64,000 nt of DNA from Geosiphon pyriformis uo1 (lineage: Eukaryota > Fungi > Glomeromycota): NCBI GenBank assembly GCA_016748015.1, contig JAAOMT010000664.1, positions 194,715-258,714 on the forward strand, given 5' to 3'. The notes under the pieces are model-generated. The model made no database searches. It saw only the letters and a list, made by a program, of their open reading frames with translations, and was not told the origin of the DNA. The position numbers were made by a program, and so were the translations under genes. How positions within the stretch are numbered: position 1 is the first letter of the stretch; each line of letters begins with the position of its first letter. Positions 25,482-35,774 of this stretch are shown here, piece by piece.

Positions 25482-28400
25482 TTGGTGCTTTCTTATAGAA
25501 ATAACACAGCAACAACAAAATTCAAAGTGGTGAACACACCAGACACAACAACTCTAAAGTATTATCAGTCAATTTACATCCACTACAAGCAAAAATTCAA
25601 CATCTCAGACGGAATTGAAGTTATCAAGAAATCAGTATACCAATACATTGAAAACCACATCAACAATTATTTTTTTGGAAACTACAACATTTCAGAAGTG
25701 AGAAGCAATCTTTACAATAATTTAGTGCACTATTCACAATTGGGAACAGAAGACCTAAACAGTGAAACACTTGCTACCTACTTCCAAGAACTTAATTTTA
25801 ACATTATTGAGTATTGTGAAGAAAAATACCCAGTACAGTTCAAATACTCTTTTGACTTTGAATTAAAAACTAAACCAAGCAACAAAGACAAACAAAAAGT
25901 AAAACAATACTCAAAAACCACTCCAAACACTCCAATACTACCAAAGACAACTGCCAAACACTTGCAAACATCTGAACAAGGAACCAATATCAAATTACCA
26001 CTTTCTATTACACTATTTTTAATTTTACTTCCTCAACTACAAACACCAAATTCACCACTTAACTGTTTTTCCAGACCAGAAGATTATTAGTTACCTAGAA
26101 ATCCTATTCAACAGCAGAAACCCATATCAACAAGCACCAATATTATTGATTATTTACAAAAAATCGAAAGTAATCATTCAGAAAACTTGGAAAGTAAAAA
26201 AACTGAATCAAAACAAAAAGAAACCACAGAAAACGAAGAAGAAATGGCAACTGCTTATATTGCAAAGATTCCAGAATTCACTGGTGAAGACAATGATACC
26301 AGTCCTCAAAAATAGCTTGACAAAGTTCAAAAAACAGAAGATGCAAATGGTTGGAATGCAGCAAAAATGCTTAAAGCAATCTCATACTTTTTCCAAGGAA
26401 CTGTAGAAGAATGGTTTGAAAACTTAAGAGAACCATTTGAAAACTGGCAAGCATTCAAAGATGCTTTTCTCTAACAATTCACTGACAACAACACTTTTAT
26501 CACTCTCAGAAACTGCTTTTGCAATATCAAGCAAGAAACATTTAAAACTGTTATGACCTATCTTAGAAAATTCAACAAACTTCTCAGACAAATTCGACAA
26601 TTGGAAACCAATGACTACTATTCTAATGCTCAAATTCTGGATCAGTTTATAGCAGAGTTAAAAGACAAACTGATTAAAAAAGTCCACCCACATGTTCCAG
26701 CAGACTTAGCAACTACTATTAGATATGCAAAAAGCTATGAAATGGCAATGAAAGAAGCAAATCACACCAAGCTTGTAAATCTTGCAATTGGAGAAACCAG
26801 CTCAACAGCTGAAGAGAAGATAGACCAACTCACAAAGAAGGTTGAAAGCTATTTTACAAACCAACAACAACAGCAGCAATAACCACAAAGATATCAATCT
26901 TCACAATGATGCAATCAAAACAACTTTGGATCACCATCTAACAACCAATCTCAAATTTGTCATTATTGTAAAATTCCAGAACATTGGAAACAAAATTGCA
27001 AGAAATTACAAAAAAACCAACAAAACAAGAGTAATCAATGTTACTCTTCACCACAACAATCTTATTACCAACCTCCACTACTAACTTATTACTCACCAAG
27101 ACCACAAAATCAAAACAATTACTATTAACCAGCTCCACAACCAATGCAGCAACAATGTTAGCAACCTTTACCAATTCAGCAATATCAGACACCACTCATT
27201 CAACAATATCAAATACTAGCCAGAAGATTGGTTCAACATAACTAATTCACACCCCAAAATCAATTTCAAAATAACAACAACAGAATCAATCCAAATAACC
27301 AGTTGGTTTCTCAAAATTCTGGTCAGCAAAGACCCAATCACTATCACATTCAACTCAGTTATCTTACAATATCTGAAGGATCAGATTTTCAACAACCTGC
27401 ACTTTCTAAAAGTGAAGCTGCAGTACCAAGACAAAACTCTTTCAACAATACAATCTCACCAGCCAAATTGCTCAAAATGCCAACCTTTCAGATATATTTT
27501 CATTCGAATTTGAAGCAAATGAATCACCATTCTTGCTTAGAAATGCAGCAGCTAATGAACAAAAAGCTATCACTACTATGTACACTAAAGCTACAGTAGA
27601 AAGAAAACTCATCCAACTAATTCTAGACAGTAGATTAGCTGGAAGTATTATCACCTACCAGTTAATATAACAGCTTCAAAGAACTGTTGACAGACCAGCC
27701 CAAACTGTAATTGTTACAGCAGATGATATGAAAAAGACACCAATAAGAGAAATTGACAATTTTCCATTTACTATTGATGAAATTACCATTCCAGTCAAAG
27801 TTTTAGTTATGGATGCACCCCAATATTAAGCTCTGGTCGGAAATAATTGGCTTCTTAAAGCCAATGCAAACTTAGACTGGGAAACCCAGGAATTAAAAAT
27901 CTCATACCAAGGACAATACACCATAGTACTTGCTACTTGTGGAACTTTCAACAAACAATCAGAAAAAGCCCCAGTATTTGAATTTGAAGAGAAGAAAAAA
28001 ATGCCACTTATTAAAACTTACATGGCTCTTGGATCAACATTCAATTGGGCTGAGAAAACAGAACAAAATTTTTGAAGAATCAAGAAGATAGAAGAAAGTT
28101 AGATATTCCACACCAGAACCACGAAAAAAACCACCATACATTCCACTAAAATACAAAGATTGTAAAAAGAAGCTTTCTTTTATGAGAGCCTGTATTTTTC
28201 CAGAAGAAAAATATGAAACTTGTACCTGCTACTTTTGCAAAGCATGCCATAGAGAATGATTTAGATTCCCAAAAAGAAGTAGAAAATAGGATAACACACT
28301 TTGCTTCACATGTGAAGACATACTACCAGAAGAATACAACTGGATTGATATTGCAATAAGAGGAGAAGTATGTGATCAAATCTGTCAATATGCTCTATTA

Positions 28401-31137
28401 ATCTCAGAAAAAGTTAAAAGAGGAACACCATTTGATGCAGCATATAACAGTGCTCTCAACAAACTCTATTACTACCCTCATGATGCTAAAATGATCTTTG
28501 ACCTAGCAATGGCTTTAATTAATAGAGCCACACAAGAAAATGTCCACTAAATGAAAAAAGCTGAATATATTAAATATACAATGAAATTAGCTGGATTTGA
28601 TTATAAAGATAAAATAGAAACCTACCACCAAATTGCAAGCCACACATATTCAACCAAAGAAGTTCAAATTCAATGATTAGAGCAAATGAACATTCAATTA
28701 TGTAAAGAATGTGTTATGTCTTGCAATAACCAATGGTGTTTAGAATACTATGCTTTTAGCATTCCTCTGCCAGATGAAAATGAAATCGAATTTGGAGTAT
28801 TTGAATTAGTAGAAGAACTACCAACCACCCCTATCTACCTTTTTGAAAATCAATTACCCCTACAACTTAAATATTTCGACAACTATGGCCAAGGAATCAG
28901 ACCAGAAAAAGCACACAAAATTGATGCTGGATATAATCTAAGATATCCAGGAAAAGATACTTTAGTTCTTCAACCAAAATCTTTGACAAAAATCAATCTT
29001 AAAATTGCTCTTGAAATTCCACCTGGAGCAATGGTTCAAATTGCATCCAAATCATCATTGGCAAGCAAAGGAATCAATGTTAGAAAAGGAGTCATAGATG
29101 CAGGATATACTGGAGACATCACTATCATGTTGCAGAATGAAACAGACAAACCATTTAGGATTAAACATGTTGAAAAGATTGCCTAAGCAATTTATCTACC
29201 CTTAATCAACATTTCGGGTTTACAATCAGTAAACAACAGAAAACAATTGGAAAAAAATAAAAGAGGAACTCAAAATTTTGGTTTAACTGGACGATTTACA
29301 GTTCCAGTAAACATAGCTCTTAATACACAGAATGAATCACACCAGATTCTTCAACTTTTCCAACCAATTACCATTTCACTTTTTGGTGAATATCATGAAA
29401 TTTACACTTGCTCAAAACCCACCACTACCCAACAAATTTTTGAATTCAATGAACAAATCTGTCTAAAAAACGAAATCTTAATCCTAAACATTTATATTTT
29501 CAAAGGAATAAAAAAATTTTGACTCATATTCTACAATCCCAATAATTACCTTATTGTCTTAATAAACAAACTAAAAATTGGAATTATACACAGTAACATC
29601 TTTCAAGATAAAAACCCTTAAAGTGTCTCTAATTTCATCGAAATTGTAAAGCACACTTTACTTCCAAATCCAAATATCATTTCTACCACTGAAAACTACC
29701 ATCTTTTGGAAGAAAAACTCTCTTAAATTAACATGGGTCTCTTAGAACCTCAACAACAAAGACAATTGAAACAATTGATAGCTGAATTTGCAAATATATT
29801 TGCAAAAGACAACAATGACCTTGAGAAAACTGATATTGTTCAACATCAGATTCACACAGGAGATGCTCCACCAAAAAGACAACAAGCTTATCGAGTATTA
29901 CCTGCCAGCCATCAATTCATCAGGGAAAAAGTCCAAAAAATGCTCAATAATAGATTGATTCAACCATCAAGAAGTTCTTGGACCTTACCAATAGTTCTAG
30001 TTAAAAAGAAAAATGGAAAAATCAGATTTTGTGTTGACTACCAACAACTGAATAGTGTTACAATTGGAGATGCCTATCCTCTTCCAAGAATTGATAACAT
30101 GCTAAATGCTCTAGGAAAAGCCAAGTTCTTCTCAACTTTAGACTTGGAAAGTGGATACTGGCAAGTTGAAATAGATCCAAAAAATCGACCCAAAACAGCA
30201 TTTACCACTCAAGAAGGGAACTATAAGTTCAATGTTATGCTTTTTGGACTTTGCAATGCACTGGCAACATTCTAGCAACTCATAGATATTGTATATGAAT
30301 GACTTTTATGGCAATTAGTGGTTGTCTATATTGATGACACTGATGTATACTCACCAAGTTTTGAAGCTCATCTTATTTACCTGCGAGAAGTCTTTCAACA
30401 ATTATGAAAAGCAGGATTGAAGTTGAATATTAAGAAATATCACTTTGGAAACAAGTTTGATCTTTCTTGGACACATAGTTAGTAAAGATGAAGTCAAACC
30501 AAATCCAGAAACAATTAGTGCTGTCAAAAACTTTCAAACTCCCAGAAATACCACAGAACTGCGAGGATTTATAGGATTAGTCTTTTATTATCAAAAATTC
30601 ATAAAAGAATTCTCAGAAATTGCCAAATCACTCAATTATCTCACCAACAAAAATGTGTCATACAAATAGACAGAAAAACAACAAAATGCTTTTGAAACTC
30701 TCAAAACAAGATTAACAACAGCCCCAGTTCTTGCTTACCCAGACTTCAACAAATAGTTTTAATTAGCCACTGATGCTTTACATATAGTATTTGGTGCCAT
30801 TTTATCACAATTAGATGAAAATGACCAAGAACAAGTCATTGTCTATGCCAGCAGAACACTCAAACCACCAGAACTCAAATATGGCTCAACTGAATTGGAA
30901 GCCACTGCAGTTATCTGGGCTCTCAAACACTTTCAACAATACCTGAAAAATGGAAAAGAATTTGACATAATAACTGACAATATTGGCCTTAAATGGCTCA
31001 ATAAAAAGAAAACTGAACAAAGTGCCAAACAGTCTCAATGGAATGACTTCCTAGCAGACTACAGATATATTGTACACCACAAACCAGTAAAACTACACAC
31101 CAATGTTGATAGTCTTTCAAGAAAAAAACAAGAATAA
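25482..31137 (+). pseudogene. Family B gag-pro-dUTPase-RT-RNase H polyprotein
   Basis: Capsid-like IPEFTGEDNDTS at ~26270; knuckle CHYCKIPEHWKQNC ~26960; PR LILDS ~27617; dUTPase 28870-29290; RT (FCVDY, LDLESGYWQ, VYIDD) 29733-30440; RH ending DSLSRKKQE* at 31137; numerous stops and frameshifts. Confidence 0.9.
28870..29292 (+). pseudogene. dUTPase domain of family B pol
   Basis: Motifs DAGYNL, QIASKSSLA, GVIDAGYTG, EKIA*A, RGTQNFGLTG. Confidence 0.9.
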
Positions 31138-31194
31138 CACCAACAACAATTCCACCATAACTTACCAACCTACCAACAAAATAACCAAACAACA

Positions 31195-32579
31195 ATGGAT
31201 TTCAGAAACTACAACAATCTTAAAAACTATTTGGAGACTCTTACCATGCCAGAAAATTGGTCTTCAAGTAAAAAACATCGTTTACAACCCCAATCAAAGC
31301 AATATTTCATACATCACAACAAAATTTATTATAAAAATCACAAAAACCCAAACCAACCACTCAGATTAATACAAGAAAATAAAAAAGAAACAATTTTATA
31401 CAACATATACACAGATCCGTCTTCAGCACACTTGGGAAGAGATGGAACAATTCAAAGAACTCTTGAACATTATTTTTGGCCTCACATACAAAAAAACATT
31501 TGACAATATGTAGAATCTTGTAATATTTGTTAAAAAAAAGAAGGAACTCACTCCACAGAACCTTTAAATCCAATCAAAATTGGACAGTCTTTTGACAGAG
31601 TTGGAATTGATTTAGTCAAACCATTACCTATCACAACCCAAGGAAATCATTATATTGCAGTTGCAGTAGATTATTTTACCAAATAGCCAGAAGCTAGAGT
31701 CATCCAAAAAGCAGATGCAAAATTAGTAACAAATTTCATATATGAAGACATTATTTATAGACATGGATGTCCAATTGAACTCTTATTAGATCAAGAAACA
31801 CATTTTGTGAACAACCTAATACAAGAAATTTGTGAACAATTTAATGTCAAAAGACCTCTATCATTATCTTATTACCCTCAAACAAATAGACTTGTAGAAC
31901 ATTTCAACAGAACATTGTGTGAATCTTTAGCCAAAGTTTTAACAAATTTTGAGCAGGAATAGAATATCTTTATTCCATCAGTGTTACTAGCATACAGAAC
32001 ACTAAAACAAGATACTATAAAACACATACTATTTGATCTTACTTATGGAAGGACAGCAATATTACCAGTTAATTTCACAGTAGAAACATATCCAATGCAA
32101 CCAATCAATGAAAAAAACTTCCAAGAAACACTCCAAAAAAGAGCCTACACTATTCTTAGCACATTAGAAGAAAAGAAACACATAACAGCCATTCATATTG
32201 AATACTCCCAAGCTCTACAAAAAGAAAGACATGACAACAAACTGCCACCAGTTATCAATAAATTTAAGATTGGAAATAAAGTTTTTTTACACAGAACTAA
32301 GACTGAAAAACAATAGAATAGAAATTTGAACATAAATGGGATAGACTATTTTATATCCATGAAATTTTAGGCAATAGATTATACAAGTTAAGACTTGATG
32401 ACAAAGTACTAGTAAAAGTTGTATATAGAGATAGATTGAAACACTATTTTTTCAGAAACAATCCTGAACCATTAATTCTACAAATTGGTACACATTCCCT
32501 TTTAGTTAATCCTGAAAATATTCTTCAAAATTTAGAACCAATAGTTATAATAAAACAACAACCAAACTTGAACACTTAA
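31195..32579 (+). pseudogene. Family B integrase (separate ORF)
   Basis: ATG 31195 MDFRNYNNLKNYL; HHCC remnant (AHLG..CNIC); core GIDLV, DQETHF, LVEHFNRT; GPY/F-like tail; no chromodomain; stop at 32577-32579. Confidence 0.85.
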
Positions 32580-32731
32580 TTTAATATTTATAATAATCTT
32601 TTGAAAAATATAGACAAAATATAAAACAAAAATAGTAAATGATCACAAGAAACATTCAAACCCAAAAACAAAAACCCTATACCCAAAAATAATTTTCTTT
32701 ATTCTTTTCTTTATTAGCTAGTCATTTTATC

Positions 32732-33385
32732 ATGATTATTTTCCGAAATATTCAACAAATATCCCAAAAATTAATGTTAGCCTTGAAAACACTTTCTGAC
32801 TTATCCATAACGATTAATGAAAGTCAAATTAATTACATTCAGAAAAAAACCACAGTCCCAGTAGTAAATAATGCTCAGAACTATCACTCCTATAGAAGAA
32901 AAACAAGAAGTCACTCTGAAAATAGGTTACCAGAACTTTTGAAGCAAGTATTGAAAGAAAATCTTTTAATTGTCCCTATTGACATTCCACCAAATGCCAC
33001 ATTGCAACAAAAACTTCTACTATTTCTCAATGAACAGAACAATGAATATACCTTTATATATAGATATTTTCATATTGAAAAAACACTTTATGAACGAAAA
33101 CTAGAACTTGAAGCAACCAACATCACTCCTGAGACTGTACAAAAACAAATTCACAATGAATTTAAGGCAGCAGCTAGACCAACAAACACTTGCTACAAAC
33201 TTAGAGCAGCTTTTAGACTTTATGATTTGTTCAACACTTGTAAAAATGTCCTACAAAATCCAATACTGCAACCAATAAAAGTTCAATACATTGGCAAACT
33301 CACAGAACTGAAATTTCAACAATTTTCAGACCAAATTACTTCAATTATTCTGGACCACTATCTTGACATCACAGATAGTACTTAG
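32732..33385 (+). CDS. Family B accessory ORF3 (217 aa, unknown function)
   Basis: Uninterrupted ORF between IN and the PPT; same position and similar size as family A ORF3. Confidence 0.7.
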   Translation: MIIFRNIQQISQKLMLALKTLSDLSITINESQINYIQKKTTVPVVNNAQNYHSYRRKTRSHSENRLPELLKQVLKENLLIVPIDIPPNATLQQKLLLFLNEQNNEYTFIYRYFHIEKTLYERKLELEATNITPETVQKQIHNEFKAAARPTNTCYKLRAAFRLYDLFNTCKNVLQNPILQPIKVQYIGKLTELKFQQFSDQITSIILDHYLDITDST

Positions 33386-33419
33386 ACTTCAATGGAGCTC
33401 AGTCTTGAAGAGGAAATTA

Positions 33420-34376
33420 TGTTACCAGTAGAATTTTAGCTATTAATTAGCATGAAATTATCTTTATAATTCTTATTATTAAGTAACATATTATTATCAT
33501 TTCGATTATCACTTATTAATTAGCCAAATTATCAAATATTATTACTCAATCAATAACCCGATTTGTACTATAGAAATTAAGATGATCAAATTACACAATA
33601 CCCTGAACCATTTAATATAGTCAAAATTTGCCGAAATTAATGGAAAAATTGCCGAAATAATCAATAATTCGTAGAAATAACTTGTAATTTGCCAAAATGT
33701 ATCTTTAGTTTACCCAAATTGTAGAAAAAAAAAAGTGCAAGTTCAAAGACTAGTACTACAACAAGTTGTATAAAAGAAGAGCTTTTCTTTTCAAGAAAAT
33801 GTATCCTTTTCATATCTTACCATAGTATTTTACTTTAAATATCTTAATTGAAACAAATTACTTTTTACAAAATTAAATAAAAATTAAATATTCAAAAACC
33901 AAATCCTCATAATTATTACACTTGAAATTCCCTCAAACACAACTAACATTTTGAAATTGATTAGCTACCAATTTCAATAAGCTGTTAGTGATTCCAGGCC
34001 TGAATAGAAAACGTTTCTCTTAATAAAATTCTATTTTTTTTACATTTCTTTTATTTTTTTATCATAATCATTAGGGTAGTCTACAGACGAGATTCTTGTA
34101 AAAGAGTTGACTTTCACAGCAAAGTAACTACACATTTTAGTAAACTTCTAGACGAGCAATTCCTGGAAAAGAGTTGACATCTACTACAACATAACTATAC
34201 AAAGTAACTGGTATGAAATTGGCTATTCCACTTATAAGCCCAACAGTTCAAATTATAGAAAATAATTTGAAGATAAATTTAGTTATTGGAGGTTCAACTA
34301 CTTCTAGAAAACGTGAATTTACAACAAACAGACATTAACAACATTCAAGAAAAGAGACCAAAAACCTCTGGTAACA
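33420..34376 (+). repeat. Family B 3' LTR
   Basis: Direct repeat of 24523-25480, preceded by the PPT and followed by the TSD. Confidence 0.95.
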
Positions 34377-34520
34377 TTGTCCTGTTTATGGTACATGACT
34401 TAAGAAATATTATAAACGACCTAATTGGCTGCCTGTTGTGATAATACCAACTCAATTGATCAGCAAAAATCAAGTATAAATAAATACATCATTTCTAAAA
34501 CAGAAGTATCTTCAATTGAC

Positions 34521-35176
34521 ATGAATAATTATTTCTGGATCAAAACATTCAAAACACCTTTTATACTCTTCATAAGTATTGGATCAAAAACTATTCAAAT
34601 GTTACTCTGACCATTGAAAAACAAACCACCATAACTGATAACAGTGGAACACATACTCTTATTAGACCAAAGAAAACTACTACCAAAAGAGAAAAAATTG
34701 GTAGTAAAATGAATAAATATCTGTTAGAAAGTATAACAGCAGCTATACTCTCACCTTCTAACATAATTGGAAAAACACTCTAAGAAATCTTACCTATAGA
34801 CAAAAACTTGTCATATAGAAGGCAATTAGAACTCTATAGTCATCTTGGTGAAATCATAGAGAATATGAAACTCATGAAGAAAACAACTTCAAAAATATAG
34901 ACAGAAATTTTGGACATTATATGGCTAGATGTCCCAAGAGTTTTAACTATTGCTAAAAGACCCAAAATTCTAATACAAAGATTTGGTCTCTTGGATACAA
35001 AACTTATTTCACCTCATGTGTTATATATCTTATCCACAAAAAACTTCAACAAACTAGTTAGCTTTAAGTTAGATAAAACCTTTCAAATAAATTACTCCAT
35101 AAATAGCTTGATTTTGCTAGAGCTTAATCTCTTTGGAGAGAATGATGTTATAGTTGAAACTTATATTTCTTATTAA
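34521..35176 (+). pseudogene. Family A ORF3, decayed copy
   Basis: Homologous to 5736-6392, with a frameshift and stops. Confidence 0.8.
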
Positions 35177-35774
35177 TTATTACATGTATTAGTCACTGAT
35201 ATCATATAAATTAGCCACTTTATTTTTAAAAAGTGATCATTGACCACTTTTGATAGCTATATAAGTGATAAATCTCTTAGCTGTAGAAAAACATGTAGAA
35301 ATCAAGAAAATTAAATAAATAAAATAACAACTTTTATCTTAATCATTCTCTTATCACTAATTTTCCTTTCCCTATTTTCAAGTATCTGAACATCTTGGAA
35401 TAAAAGATTACTTGTTGGTTATTTTCTACCTTTTTCTGAAATGTGTAATTGCAGTATTTGAAAACTATTGAATAAAATATGACTGAAGAGTACATCTGAT
35501 ATCTGATATTGAATTCTAAGAACACCAACATGAGGCATAGAATTATATTAGTGTGTAATTATTTGTTAACAGTACAGACTATCTTTTTATCTTCAGATTT
35601 CTGGTTATCTTTGAAAAGTATAGCGACTGAGATATTTTATGAGATTGATCTCACATATTGAATCCATACTTATTCAATTTACTCTTTGAAGTTGAATTCC
35701 CTTTGATTATTTTCATTATTCTACAATCCTGTTCTTTTTTGCTATCCATTAGCTTGTTATTTCAACCTATAACA
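35146..35774 (+). repeat. Family A 3' LTR of copy 2
   Basis: TGTTA...TAACA after the PPT; only one TGACC unit. Confidence 0.88.

Larger units (their letters stand above)
24523..34376 (+). mobile_element. Gypsy family B, full length (~9.85 kb), decayed, 4-bp TSD TTGT
   Basis: Two ~958-bp LTRs TGTTAC...GTAACA; TSD TTGT at 24519-24522 and 34377-34380; PBS-like TGGTGCTTTCT at 25483; PPT GAAGAGGAAA at ~33407; gag-PR-Cys-dUTPase-RT-RH, IN, ORF3. Confidence 0.95.
20593..35774 (+). mobile_element. Gypsy family A copy 2 (pol, IN, ORF3, 3' LTR; 5' part absent), interrupted by family B
   Basis: 20593-24522 and 34377-35774 are collinear with A3 45189-50583; PR, RT, RH and IN fragments with many stops; LTR 35146-35774 ends TAACA. 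Confidence 0.9.
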
